DNA of 64,000 nucleotides from a virus. The notes under the pieces are model-generated. The model saw only the letters and a program-made list of their open reading frames with translations, was not told where the DNA came from and did not search any database. Numbering within the stretch: position 1 is the first letter of the stretch; every line of letters starts with the position of its first letter. This document shows, in pieces, positions 1-9,961 of the stretch. The DNA is taken from the IMG/VR virus record IMGVR_UViG_3300046808_001301, one strand, 5' to 3'. A program made the translations under genes and the position numbers.

Positions 1-1
1 A

Positions 2-487
2 CAGGATGAAGCGACCCTACAAATTACGTCAAACACTATTGTGTACAAGGACGATTCTTTTTCATTCAAGTATCATTTGCTAGATGAAGGATATATGGTG
101 GAAAAGAAGTCAATCAGCGAAGAAAAATTAAAACAGCTTGAGTACGATACCACATTTACTATAGGCAAATTAGTTTTATCGGAAGCATTAAGATACAATT
201 CCATTATTCCCGATGCAGAAAAGTTCTATTTGTACACAACTGATTCCAAGGTGTTTGCTAAGTTAGGAGACGAGCAAAAAAGCAACACAAATGAAATTGT
301 GACGGAATTATGCAAGAGCTACAGTGGAGCTGAGTTAGCTAGCTCAATACCAATCAACATACAAAACTTGCATTTGATGGCGTTTGTTGCTGATAACACA
401 ATTGACATTAGCGTTAATTCGAGACTTAAAATAGTAAAGTTTGCTACTTCTAATATCCAGTACATTGTTTCTGGACTTGTTAAATAA
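2..487 (+). CDS. Probable sliding clamp (gp45-like), 5'-truncated by the window edge
   Basis: The frame is open from base 2. The FKYHLLD segment and the beta-rich C-terminus ending QYIVS resemble T4-like gp45 C-terminal halves; T4-like context. Confidence 0.5.
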   Translation, partial: QDEATLQITSNTIVYKDDSFSFKYHLLDEGYMVEKKSISEEKLKQLEYDTTFTIGKLVLSEALRYNSIIPDAEKFYLYTTDSKVFAKLGDEQKSNTNEIVTELCKSYSGAELASSIPINIQNLHLMAFVADNTIDISVNSRLKIVKFATSNIQYIVSGLVK

Positions 488-506
488 ACTAAGCTAAATA
501 GCTAGC

Positions 507-854
507 ATGGCTAATAAACTAACCACGCTAGGATATACATTAAAACGCTTACGCGATTCTGGATATATTGCTGATAAAATATTTGAAGATTATTCTATTG
601 GAGATCCACGGTCGTGGACGATTATAATAGAACCAGGCAAGTCCTCTGTATTTTTTACTTGTTATGTAAACGATCCCTATATCGGTGAAACGTTTTTCGA
701 AATCTATGATGGCAATCAGTTTGTGCCAGGAAGGTTAAAACTTCAAACTAGCTCATTTGAAGTAATTGTAGAACATTTAATTAAGTACGGAATAGAAGGC
801 AGTGCAAGCAAAACTAAACTGTCTCAACAACCTGTTGTCGATCTTATTAGCTAA
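507..854 (+). CDS. Hypothetical protein (115 aa)
   Basis: Clean ORF with TAAATA (495-500) 6 nt upstream of the ATG. Confidence 0.75.
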   Translation: MANKLTTLGYTLKRLRDSGYIADKIFEDYSIGDPRSWTIIIEPGKSSVFFTCYVNDPYIGETFFEIYDGNQFVPGRLKLQTSSFEVIVEHLIKYGIEGSASKTKLSQQPVVDLIS

Positions 855-855
855 T

Positions 856-1215
856 ATGGAGCCGTCGAATAAAAGCAAAAAACCCAAAAAGCATGTAGCC
901 TCAAAAGCACAAGAGAGCCCTGCAGTGGACGACGGAATTCCGAAAGCGGAAAAAATTAACATCGATAATTTAATATCCCAAGCCTTTACTAGACACAAGC
1001 TTGAAAAGTTAGTTAATGAAAAGAAAGAAAAATTTAAAGAAATTACTCACTTAGCTTCAATAGTTGAAGAGTATTTGAGTTGTTTTTCACTAATTGGATA
1101 CACTCTTCAAGGAGAAAAGGTCTGCATTTTTAATGCAGTAAATTCTAAAGACGAAGCAGCTTTAGTGGATCTGTTAAGATCTACGTTTTTGGAAATAGCC
1201 AATAATCGACCTTAA
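856..1215 (+). CDS. Hypothetical protein (119 aa, MEPSNK...)
   Basis: The ATG at 856 follows the upstream stop at 854 and is preferred to the overlapping GTG at 802. Confidence 0.7.
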   Translation: MEPSNKSKKPKKHVASKAQESPAVDDGIPKAEKINIDNLISQAFTRHKLEKLVNEKKEKFKEITHLASIVEEYLSCFSLIGYTLQGEKVCIFNAVNSKDEAALVDLLRSTFLEIANNRP

Positions 1216-1225
1216 TTAAATTCTC

Positions 1226-3247
1226 ATGAGCGAGGACATAGTCAAAAAGGGCGGCCGCCCTAAAGGCTCTAAAAACAAACCAAAAAGAGGCCGTCCAAAA
1301 AAAGAAAAAGAAAAAAACCCAGTCGGCCGACCTAAAAAACAGGTATCTGATACAGACGGTTTGCATACAATTAGAACATTTGCTCCTAAAGAAGAGACCT
1401 CAACGATAGCTCCGTCTTCAGAAAACGAAATGTTGGATTCTTTATTAGACGACGACTTATTAAATGAATCCCTTGCTCAAAAACAAATTAACCAAAACCC
1501 GTTAGATGATTCATATTACTATCGTGGTTCTAAAAATATCCCAGTTGCTGGAGCTCAATATGAATTTACAGCAGATATGGTCAAAGAGCTGCAAAAATGT
1601 AAAGAAGATATTACATATTTTGCCGAAAACTTTTTTTACATCGTTAATCTTAATACTGGCAAACAAAAGATAGAGCTCTATGATGCTCAAAGAAAGGTAT
1701 TACAATCTTTAGTAGACAATCGATTTGTAGCGTTACTAAGTTGCCGTCAGTCAGGCAAAAGTACGTTGCTTACTATTTTTGCGTTATGGATGGTGTGCTT
1801 TAATGAAGACTATAGAATAGCAATTGTTGCTAATAAAGAAACCACTGCTATTAACATTTTTAAACGAGTAAGAATGGCGTACGAGCAACTTCCAAATTAC
1901 ATTAAACCTGGAGTAAAAGACTACGGAAAAACAGGAATGACTCTTGGAAATGATTCGAGCATTGTGGTATCTACTACAACAGCAACATCAATTAGAGGTG
2001 ACTCTCTGAATTGCGTATGTTTGGACGAAGCTGCTTTTATTGAACCTCATTTGATTAACGAATTTTGGGCGTCTGTTATACCATCTATATCTTCAGGAAA
2101 GAATTCAAAAGTATTAATGGTTTCTACGCCAAACGGAGTTGGTAATAAATTTTATGAAATGTTTTCCGGAGCTGAAAACGGTAGCCTCAAGCAATGGAAA
2201 TCAGAAAGAGTAGACTGGTGGCATGTTCCTGGCAGAGACGAAGAATGGAAGCAAACTCAAATTGAATTGCTTGGCTCGGAAGAAAAGTTTTTACAAGAAT
2301 ACGGTAATACTTTTTTAGATGATGCCTCAACTGCAGTCGGAGCTTTAGTAATAGAAAGATTCAAGCAAAACAAAAAGCCTCCTATTTGGACGTCAGAAGA
2401 CGGAGAATATATAGTATTCGAATATCCAGATAAAGACAAACTTTATGTAATTGGGGTAGACGTCGGTGAAGGCATTGGCAGAGCATCATCTGTAGCACAA
2501 GTTTTAGATGTAACAGACTTGCAGAATATACAGCAAGTTGCTGTATACGGTTCTACCGTCATTGAGCCCTATCACTTTGCAAACAAATTAAGCATTATTG
2601 GTCAATCTTGGGGTTTGCCTCCGATGCTCATAGAAAGAAACAATTGCGGAGCTCAAGTAATTGACGCTTTATATTACAAGCACAATTACGAAAAAATAGC
2701 AAGTTATACAAAAATATCAGAACAAGACAAATACAATAAAACTAGAAATTTAGGAGTATTGTCTCATACGAATATTAGGTTTGATGGCATACAAAACATG
2801 AGGTACTGGATTAATCACCTACAGTGTGTGCACATCAACGACACTCAAACAATAACTGAGTTTGAAACGTTTGTTAGACAACCAAATGGTTTTTACAGAA
2901 AAAGAAATGATAATTTTTTTGACGACAGAGTAATGGCATTGGTGTGGGCAATGTTTATTTTAGAACCAGAACTTTGTGAGCAATATTTTACCATAGAAGA
3001 TTATGATTTGCAGCATAAACCGTTAAGGATTAAACCAAACGGATATTGGGAAAATTTTTCTGAATATTATAACTTAAGAGAATTGAACAAACTCGCGACA
3101 ATTGTCCCAAATTTTGGAACAAACGTTGAAACAAAACATTTCGAAACTATTGGAGAAGGAATTACTAGCACAGAAGCGGAACAGACCAATAAGTATGATT
3201 TAGATATCGAGTCTTTATACGAGCTCGGGTACGAAATTTATACTTAA
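1226..3247 (+). CDS. gp17: Terminase large subunit (T4 gp17-like) with N-terminal AT-hook-like extension
   Basis: Walker A CRQSGKST, Walker B VCLDEAAF, coupling motif VSTPNG, nuclease motifs GVDVGEG and DDRVMA. Confidence 0.97.
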   Translation: MSEDIVKKGGRPKGSKNKPKRGRPKKEKEKNPVGRPKKQVSDTDGLHTIRTFAPKEETSTIAPSSENEMLDSLLDDDLLNESLAQKQINQNPLDDSYYYRGSKNIPVAGAQYEFTADMVKELQKCKEDITYFAENFFYIVNLNTGKQKIELYDAQRKVLQSLVDNRFVALLSCRQSGKSTLLTIFALWMVCFNEDYRIAIVANKETTAINIFKRVRMAYEQLPNYIKPGVKDYGKTGMTLGNDSSIVVSTTTATSIRGDSLNCVCLDEAAFIEPHLINEFWASVIPSISSGKNSKVLMVSTPNGVGNKFYEMFSGAENGSLKQWKSERVDWWHVPGRDEEWKQTQIELLGSEEKFLQEYGNTFLDDASTAVGALVIERFKQNKKPPIWTSEDGEYIVFEYPDKDKLYVIGVDVGEGIGRASSVAQVLDVTDLQNIQQVAVYGSTVIEPYHFANKLSIIGQSWGLPPMLIERNNCGAQVIDALYYKHNYEKIASYTKISEQDKYNKTRNLGVLSHTNIRFDGIQNMRYWINHLQCVHINDTQTITEFETFVRQPNGFYRKRNDNFFDDRVMALVWAMFILEPELCEQYFTIEDYDLQHKPLRIKPNGYWENFSEYYNLRELNKLATIVPNFGTNVETKHFETIGEGITSTEAEQTNKYDLDIESLYELGYEIYT

Positions 3248-3248
3248 A

Positions 3249-3866
3249 ATGTCCGACATAACTTGCGTAAACCCCACTGAACAATCTGGATTAAACAAAT
3301 TATCAAAAGATAAATTTGTTTTAGTCTTAGCTCTGCCAAAAGCTTTAAAAAAATTAGCAGTAACTGACGAGGCTTTAGGAAAATTAGATCCTTTACAAAT
3401 TAGTGTATTTGGATCTGTAGTTCCAGACGTATCAGTACCATCAATAGCTGTCCCATATGGGGGCCAAGTACCAAACTATTCAAGTCATACAAGACCAAAC
3501 TATTCGCCGTTAACGGTAAATTTTGCTGTAGACAACAGTTATACAAATTATTACATTTTATGGAAATGGCTTTCTGTATTAAACGGCTCGATAACGAGTT
3601 TGTATGAAGGTCCGGACGAAAGATATATTACAAAAGACGACATTATTGAGACAGGACAACTAAATGATTATCAGTCTAATTTTTCAATATTAGCATTAAA
3701 CGAATACAATGAAGCTGTAACGGAATTTAAATATTTTAACGCATTTATTACATCGTTAAAAGGAATTACCTATTCATACAAAGATTCGGAAATGATGGAA
3801 ACTTCTGCAGAATTTCAATATAGTCAGTTTACCATGGAGAGACTCAAAAGGCCGTTCGCAGTATAG
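3249..3866 (+). CDS. gp3: Tail tube terminator / tail completion protein (gp3-like)
   Basis: YSPLTVNFAVDNSYTNYYILWKWL matches the gp3 pattern; C-terminal FxY; adjacent to the sheath gene. Confidence 0.7.
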   Translation: MSDITCVNPTEQSGLNKLSKDKFVLVLALPKALKKLAVTDEALGKLDPLQISVFGSVVPDVSVPSIAVPYGGQVPNYSSHTRPNYSPLTVNFAVDNSYTNYYILWKWLSVLNGSITSLYEGPDERYITKDDIIETGQLNDYQSNFSILALNEYNEAVTEFKYFNAFITSLKGITYSYKDSEMMETSAEFQYSQFTMERLKRPFAV

Positions 3867-3935
3867 TATTATTCCAAATATATATTTCAACAGCAACTCA
3901 AAAAAAATACCTAATTTACAATAAGTAAATTATAT

Positions 3936-6185
3936 ATGCGAACAATAAACTCACCAGGTGTACAAATTACGGAAAAAGATTTGTCATTAAGACTTAACTC
4001 TCCAGTTGGAACGAATATTCTCGTTCCGGGGTTTGCTGCTCAAGGTCCTGTAAATGAGCCAATTCTCATTACTTCGACTAGCGAACTTGAAGGAATCTAC
4101 GGAACTCCGACCAACGCAGCAGAGCGTTATTTTTATTATTCCTGTAAAGAAGTATTAAACTCTCCTGGTGTGTTAACTACTGTAAGGTTGCCTTATGGTC
4201 CAGATAACGGAGTGGCTTTCTCAAAAAATTACAGCGCTTTGTTTTACCCAATGGCATACGGTTATAATGACACTTTAAGTGCCATGGAATGGAGAGTAGG
4301 AGCACCAATGCACAAGACATTGGGCCACGATGAATACGTTGCTCTTTTACACGGAGATTTCGAATGGAAAGGCACATCAAACGGAGCAGCTGGAGACGAA
4401 GATGGCATTATTGAAATTGGTACTCCTGATGGGTTTCCTGTTGCTGACGTCAATGAAGAAACAGGAGAGATAACACTTGACTACTCAGTAACAGCTGGAT
4501 TTGTAGTATTAAATGATTTGCAAACAGTCATTAACGAAAGTAGCGAGGGATACTATGTTGGTTTTGCTGACAATTCTTCTGTATACACAGAAAATACATT
4601 CGGATCCCTTGCTTCTCCAAATTTTGATTCAATCAAGACAATTCAAACATTAATTTCAGCTGACACTTTAGCTGAATTAAACGACGAAAAATATGATTTT
4701 GCTGTCGAGTCTACTAAAGAGCAAAGCGAACAAGGAGTACATTCTGTATCAGAATTGCTCGAAAAGGTTGGTTTCAAAGCTTTTGAAACAGCAGCCTATC
4801 AAGATTATCTTTCCTTTGGAGTTTTCCGTGTTAGACGTTCAACATCAGATCCTTCGCAATTAACATTAGGGACTGTTGAAAAATATCTTGGTTCGTTTGA
4901 TTTTAACAGAAAGGCTATCAGTCCAACTGGCGGAACTCCTATTAATGCTTACATTGAAGAGGCAATTAACGACAAATCTCCGACAGTTAAAGTAATTGTT
5001 AACCCCGAAATTTCAAAAGTATTTGATTGGACAGCAAATGACTCAACTCTCCCAACATGCCGTATTACTGTAGACGAAGAAGCTAAAAAGTTGTTCCCAC
5101 TTGGCACTTATGCACCTGATACAAGAGCAGTTGAGAGCACAAAAGTTATTGGCAATGTGCCAACCAAACTTGAAAGATCTCTTCGCTTATCAGAAAGCGT
5201 GGAAAACAACACAGTCGACGTGGTAATCGATGGCGGACTTTCGACCGTATTTGCAGCAACTTATGGCATGGGTCCACAAGTTGCTGGAGATCGCACATCT
5301 GTTCCTGGCTATGACGATGAAAAATTCGTTAGCTTAATCGGAGAAAAGCTAGAGTACGCTCAAGAATCGTGGATGTCTATTGCAATTCCTCTTATTAATT
5401 TTGCAGAAACTACTCGTAAAGACTGCATGGCAATTATCGATCCTCCTCGTTTCTTGTTCATAAGAGGCAAGGACACGAAGGTTATTGAACAAGCAAATTC
5501 TAACTTCACACAAGACATTTACGAGCCTCTCAAAAAGATGGCAGCAATTGATTCAAATTACTGCGCAATGTATGCCAACTGGGTTAAGATATTTGATGGA
5601 TTCTCCGGACGTAAGTTCTGGTGTCCGTTTTCAGGATATGCTGCATCAATTTACGCTAAGAACGACGCTGTTGCTCAACCTTGGTCTGCTCCAGCTGGAT
5701 TGAACAGAGGAACTTTCAACGTACTTGACATTGCTATTAATCCAAACTTAAAGCAAAGAGACAAGTTTTATGAACTCTCAGTAAATCCTGTAGTGTTCTT
5801 TACCGGAGACGGCTACGTGGTAATGGGCCAAAAAACCCTTCAAGTCAAGCCAACAGCTTTCGACCGCGTCAACGTTCGTAGGTTGTTCTTAACACTCGAA
5901 AGAGCTGTTTCAAGAACTCTCAAATACTTCGTATTCGAACCAAACACAGAATTTACGAGAACAAGAATTGTCAACACAATTACTCCAATTTTCGAATTCG
6001 CTAAAAACACCCAAGGTTTGTATGACTATCTAATTGTAGCTGACTCGAGAAACAACACTCCAGACACAATTGATAATAATGAATTGATTGTAGATATCTA
6101 CATCAAGCCAGTTCGCACTGCTGAATTTATCTTGGTCAACTTCATTGCAACCCGCACAGGTCAAAACTTTGCAGAATTAATCTAA
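3936..6185 (+). CDS. gp18: Contractile tail sheath protein
   Basis: N-terminal SPGVQITEKDLS; PWSAPAGLNRG; GQKTLQ...FDRVNVRRLFL; FEPN; YIKPVRTAEFI. Confidence 0.98.
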   Translation: MRTINSPGVQITEKDLSLRLNSPVGTNILVPGFAAQGPVNEPILITSTSELEGIYGTPTNAAERYFYYSCKEVLNSPGVLTTVRLPYGPDNGVAFSKNYSALFYPMAYGYNDTLSAMEWRVGAPMHKTLGHDEYVALLHGDFEWKGTSNGAAGDEDGIIEIGTPDGFPVADVNEETGEITLDYSVTAGFVVLNDLQTVINESSEGYYVGFADNSSVYTENTFGSLASPNFDSIKTIQTLISADTLAELNDEKYDFAVESTKEQSEQGVHSVSELLEKVGFKAFETAAYQDYLSFGVFRVRRSTSDPSQLTLGTVEKYLGSFDFNRKAISPTGGTPINAYIEEAINDKSPTVKVIVNPEISKVFDWTANDSTLPTCRITVDEEAKKLFPLGTYAPDTRAVESTKVIGNVPTKLERSLRLSESVENNTVDVVIDGGLSTVFAATYGMGPQVAGDRTSVPGYDDEKFVSLIGEKLEYAQESWMSIAIPLINFAETTRKDCMAIIDPPRFLFIRGKDTKVIEQANSNFTQDIYEPLKKMAAIDSNYCAMYANWVKIFDGFSGRKFWCPFSGYAASIYAKNDAVAQPWSAPAGLNRGTFNVLDIAINPNLKQRDKFYELSVNPVVFFTGDGYVVMGQKTLQVKPTAFDRVNVRRLFLTLERAVSRTLKYFVFEPNTEFTRTRIVNTITPIFEFAKNTQGLYDYLIVADSRNNTPDTIDNNELIVDIYIKPVRTAEFILVNFIATRTGQNFAELI

Positions 6186-6198
6186 TAAATATAATCAT

Positions 6199-6783
6199 AT
6201 GGCTACAGACATTCTAGATCAAAACATTGGTACGTTCTATCAAGTCGCACGTGAAAGAGACTTTGCTCGCAAATTTCAATTTCGCGTAACTCAACTTGGT
6301 TTTACTGGACAATTCAATCCTTCGGAGCTCATTTATGCTGAAACAGCAGCTTTGCCCGGAAGACAAATTAACAACATTCAAGTTCCCTATATGGGCATCA
6401 ACTTCAATGTTCCAGGTGTTGCTGCCTATCCCGGCTCAGCTGGTTACAAGATTACATTTAGATGTGATAAAGACTATCACTTAAGAGGCAAGCTTGAGCG
6501 CGAACTCTTCCGTACATTTGATGACGCCACCACAAGTGGTGAGTATTCAATTCCTGGAATGAATTCAGTGCTTTCATTAACTCTTACTAACAAAAAGAAT
6601 ATTGGTGTGCGTACCTACACTCTTTATGGTTGTTACATTCAAGCAATGGACGATGAGATGTTTGACGTAAAAGATACAGGCAACGTTGTTAGCATTAACA
6701 CAACAATTGCATATCAATACTGGAAGGTGACATTAGGCGGATTTTATCCACCAATTACACCTAGAGATAGTATTGGAAACTAA
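6199..6783 (+). CDS. gp19: Tail tube protein
   Basis: Directly follows the sheath gene; FARKFQFRV, AALPG, VPYMG and YQYW motifs of gp19-like tubes. Confidence 0.9.
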   Translation: MATDILDQNIGTFYQVARERDFARKFQFRVTQLGFTGQFNPSELIYAETAALPGRQINNIQVPYMGINFNVPGVAAYPGSAGYKITFRCDKDYHLRGKLERELFRTFDDATTSGEYSIPGMNSVLSLTLTNKKNIGVRTYTLYGCYIQAMDDEMFDVKDTGNVVSINTTIAYQYWKVTLGGFYPPITPRDSIGN

Positions 6784-6837
6784 CGTATTCCAAATACAAA
6801 AAAAATTTAAAATTCCCCGAGCTCGTTAGCTCACCCT

Positions 6838-6867
6838 AAACTCCTCCTCACGGAGGAGTTTTTTTTT
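6838..6867 (+). terminator. Rho-independent terminator after the tail tube gene
   Basis: AAACTCCTCC-TCAC-GGAGGAGTTT perfect hairpin running into a T tract. Confidence 0.9.
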
Positions 6868-6893
6868 GACAATAAAGTTTGTTGCTATACACT
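6866..6893 (+). promoter_or_regulatory. Sigma70-like early promoter
   Basis: TTGACA-16 nt-TACACT, 9 nt before ATG 6903. Confidence 0.7.
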
Positions 6894-6902
6894 TATACGG
6901 CC

Positions 6903-7163
6903 ATGAAATACTTATTTGCTTTGCTCTTTGCTTTATCTACAACAAACGCCAACACATTTAAAGTTACTGGCCAGACAGAATACACTCAACAGCAAACAAA
7001 GTCTCTTATAACGACTATAAACGCTGAATATCGCGTTACAATATACGAACCTGGTCACAAATCTTGGTTGGTGTACATAGGAGGAAAAATAAGTCCTGAC
7101 TATAACGTGTTTGGTAAAGAATTAAAAACAAACGTATTTACGACAATAGGTGTTGATTTTTAA
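6903..7163 (+). CDS. Small secreted beta-strand protein, possible outer-membrane protein
   Basis: Signal-peptide-like MKYLFALLFALSTTNA, alternating beta strands, C-terminal IGVDF. Confidence 0.65.
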   Translation: MKYLFALLFALSTTNANTFKVTGQTEYTQQQTKSLITTINAEYRVTIYEPGHKSWLVYIGGKISPDYNVFGKELKTNVFTTIGVDF

Positions 7164-7180
7164 AACTAATAATCGATGAT
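7153..7180 (+). promoter_or_regulatory. Sigma70-like promoter (leaderless)
   Basis: TTGATT-16-GATGAT, 6 nt before GTG 7187. Confidence 0.5.
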
Positions 7181-7186
7181 ATCTTT

Positions 7187-7558
7187 GTGAAAAAGATCAT
7201 TAAACCTCTAGTACGAGAGGAAGCAGTATACTATTCAGACTTTTCAGGTAAATGCTTTGGAGAAACGCCAGCTCCAGTAGAAATATCAATTGCCTTTTCC
7301 TATGGTTCTAAGCACGACGGAACAGAACTCAAGTTGCAACTAGATGACGAAGATGTTAGCCCTCTACTAGAATTAATCAAAAGCTCAGTTTCTGAGGATT
7401 TTAAATCTCATATAAAAAAAATCATAACCGAACAAGAAAAATCTTACGAAGATTCCATGCAAATGAGAGATTGGGATTATTGTGACATAGTTACCAACAC
7501 GCTTTGGTTTTGGAGAGATTTTTTAGGGTTGACTAACGAAGAAGAAGAGGTAGAATAA
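7187..7558 (+). CDS. Hypothetical protein (123 aa)
   Basis: Clean ORF in the early gene run. Confidence 0.75.
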   Translation: MKKIIKPLVREEAVYYSDFSGKCFGETPAPVEISIAFSYGSKHDGTELKLQLDDEDVSPLLELIKSSVSEDFKSHIKKIITEQEKSYEDSMQMRDWDYCDIVTNTLWFWRDFLGLTNEEEEVE

Positions 7559-7562
7559 TCGT

Positions 7563-8165
7563 ATGGGAATGTTTGACACAATTATTGTTAAAAAGGATCT
7601 TCCTCTTCCTGAGGAAATTAAGCATCTAAATATCGACTGGAAGTCATATCCTTTTCAGACCAAAGATCTGGAAAATTGTATGCTCGAGTACATCATCACA
7701 GAAGACAGCAAACTCGTTGAACACGTAGTTGAAAGAGAATACATCGAATATACTGACGAGGAGAAAAAACACAAAGATCACCGGAGATGGAATCTTTGGA
7801 AAGACGTGATTGTTAAAGGAGAAAGATACGAGAATGTTGACCATCATGGAACTATTGCGTTTTATGCGTACGAAGACTTTAACGAAACTCAGGATTTTTG
7901 GATAGACTTTAGGGCTTATTTTGTGTATGGAAAATTAGACAAAATCGAATTGCTTGAGTTTAAAAAGCAAAAGTCTCACAAAATTACCAATAAGGAAATT
8001 GACGAAAAACAAAAACAAAAACAAAAGCTGCCGTGGAACGTATTCAAGCGTTATGCCGCGTACGTTGGTTGGCGCTGGTTTTGGAATAAAGCTTCTCGGT
8101 GGTGTTACGAAGCGTCTCGAGTTACAAGCTCTATGCAAATGTTTATTATTAGACACATGCTATGA
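7563..8165 (+). CDS. Conserved-type phage hypothetical protein (MGMFD...QTKDL)
   Basis: The N-terminal MGMFDTI...FQTKDL pattern is common in phage hypotheticals. Confidence 0.75.
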   Translation: MGMFDTIIVKKDLPLPEEIKHLNIDWKSYPFQTKDLENCMLEYIITEDSKLVEHVVEREYIEYTDEEKKHKDHRRWNLWKDVIVKGERYENVDHHGTIAFYAYEDFNETQDFWIDFRAYFVYGKLDKIELLEFKKQKSHKITNKEIDEKQKQKQKLPWNVFKRYAAYVGWRWFWNKASRWCYEASRVTSSMQMFIIRHML

Positions 8166-8380
8166 AAGGCACACTAGAATTTAATCTTCCGGAAGATCAA
8201 GACGATTTTGATACAGCAACCAATGGCTGGAAGTATAGATCAGTTATTGATGACATAGACGGATTTCTTCGTAACAAATTAAAATACGACAATTTAACAC
8301 AAGAGCAATATGATGCTTATGACAAGGTTCGTACTGAGCTTTGGAACTTTATAAACGAACACAACATAGACATACACTAA
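8162..8380 (+). CDS. Hypothetical protein (72 aa, MKGTLEFNLPED)
   Basis: ATGA overlap with the previous gene. Confidence 0.75.
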   Translation: MKGTLEFNLPEDQDDFDTATNGWKYRSVIDDIDGFLRNKLKYDNLTQEQYDAYDKVRTELWNFINEHNIDIH

Positions 8381-8381
8381 C

Positions 8382-8657
8382 ATGATTACAAAAACAATTC
8401 AAAGATCAGATGATCTCTACATTCAATTTACAAACGAAGAACTGACGTCACTCGGTATTGAGCCAGGAGAAAAATTGTCTTGGGAAATTAAGGACGATTC
8501 TGTAGTGCTTAAAAAACTAGCAACACTGGAAGTAGATATTTCAGAGTGGTCCAGAGACATTCTTGAAATGCTTATTGTTGAATCGGTTGAAAAGGACATT
8601 TCGGTTAACGATGTGATTGCTAATATACTAGAGGAACAGCTTAACAAGCTGTCTTAA
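8382..8657 (+). CDS. AbrB/MazE-like DNA-binding protein with a possible C-terminal ribbon-helix-helix
   Basis: LYIQF...LGIEPGEKLSWEIKDDSVVLKK is AbrB-like; C-terminal ...DISVNDVIANIL is RHH-like. Confidence 0.6.
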   Translation: MITKTIQRSDDLYIQFTNEELTSLGIEPGEKLSWEIKDDSVVLKKLATLEVDISEWSRDILEMLIVESVEKDISVNDVIANILEEQLNKLS

Positions 8658-8665
8658 CGTACGTT

Positions 8666-9088
8666 TTGCGACAAACGATTAGAATTTCTTGGGAAGAATA
8701 TGCATTAAGAATTGCAGAAGTAGCGTCTTTGCGTAGTGAAGACAAGTTCGTTAAGGTAGGTAGTTGTGCATTAGATTCTTCAAATAGAGTGATTGGCGTA
8801 GCCTACAACGGTTTAGCTAGCGGAATAAAAGTCGATGACACATTCTGGAATGACAGAGATGCTCGAAGACCTTATATGATTCATGCAGAAGTTAATCTTC
8901 TTTCTTTATTTAAAAGAGGAGAGTGCAGTTTGTTAGCCTGCACTCTTTTGCCTTGTTCCTGTTGCGCGTCCATGATCGCTGCTTATGGAATTAAAAAGGT
9001 TGTATACAGAGATACCTATTTTAGAGACGATAAAGCGTTGGATATATTCAAGTTTAACAACATCTTATGTGAACAAATTACTTTTTAG
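8666..9088 (+). CDS. cd: dCMP deaminase
   Basis: Zinc deaminase motifs HAEVN and PCSCC; KVG...YNG; GIKKVVY. Confidence 0.9.
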   Translation: MRQTIRISWEEYALRIAEVASLRSEDKFVKVGSCALDSSNRVIGVAYNGLASGIKVDDTFWNDRDARRPYMIHAEVNLLSLFKRGECSLLACTLLPCSCCASMIAAYGIKKVVYRDTYFRDDKALDIFKFNNILCEQITF

Positions 9089-9121
9089 GTGTCATAATTT
9101 CAATAAATACAAGTAAGACAT

Positions 9122-9961
9122 ATGAATTTTCTTAACTACTTTACTGAAGCTAAATTTAGGGAAATACCTCTGTCTGTATCAAAAAAAGCTCGCAAAATTG
9201 CACAGTTGTATGCAAGTGATTATCGAAATTTTAACAAACAAGAGCTTGCGATATACGCTAAAAGAATTACAGATCCTTCGTGGATAGATTATTTGGAAGA
9301 TCCAGGATACACTCACTTAGCGCTAATGACGACCGTTTCTATTTTGGATCTTGAAACGAATAAAAACAAAAAAATAGAAGTATATGTAATTTACGGTAAT
9401 CCTAAAAATTCTAAAAATTTGGACGACATGGCCGAATATAATGACGCTAATCGCACCATATTTTTGTATGATTATCGATGCAAGTCATTAAGTTTAGTGG
9501 ACCTGGAAGCAACTATTCTTCATGAATTTACGCACGGATTTCAGCAATACAAAAATCTTCCAGCACAAGAAGACGATGAACCTGCAGAAGAGCAACATGA
9601 ATTTGACTACTATCTTTCTCCAGAAGAAGTAGATGCTTATTTGACTGAGTTGGCTTACAGAATTCGCCTTGAGCATTCTAATTTAATAACTCTTCTTAAG
9701 AAACCCAGTGTCTCTTCTAAGGCAAGCAATTTAAAAAAGCTCAATAAATTTTTACTTGAACTTAAAGTTTTTATTCAGTCGCCGCTAGATACATATTTTG
9801 TATATAGAGAACTGCCTTTGCCTAAAACAATAAAACAATCAGAAGAATTTCTCGAAACGATTGCAAATTTTACTCCTTACTGGAACAAATTTAAAACAAA
9901 GATGACAAAACTTTATAACGAATTAATTAATTCAAGTAAAGATTTTTATGAACAACAATGA
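9122..9961 (+). CDS. Putative zinc metallopeptidase (HEXXH)
   Basis: ILHEFTHGFQ plus downstream YYLSPEEVDAY; N-terminus MNFLNYFTEA resembles a capsid-targeting leader. Confidence 0.6.
   Translation: MNFLNYFTEAKFREIPLSVSKKARKIAQLYASDYRNFNKQELAIYAKRITDPSWIDYLEDPGYTHLALMTTVSILDLETNKNKKIEVYVIYGNPKNSKNLDDMAEYNDANRTIFLYDYRCKSLSLVDLEATILHEFTHGFQQYKNLPAQEDDEPAEEQHEFDYYLSPEEVDAYLTELAYRIRLEHSNLITLLKKPSVSSKASNLKKLNKFLLELKVFIQSPLDTYFVYRELPLPKTIKQSEEFLETIANFTPYWNKFKTKMTKLYNELINSSKDFYEQQ

Noticed and set aside
856-1215. Small terminase gp16
   Set aside because: The position fits, but I recognise no gp16 motifs.
1226-3247. Intein or intron in the terminase or other core genes
   Set aside because: Motif spacing is normal, with no splicing motifs or homing endonuclease.
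6784-6840. tRNA or structured ncRNA after gp19
   Set aside because: Too short, with no cloverleaf or T-loop motif. I recognised no tRNA gene anywhere in the window.
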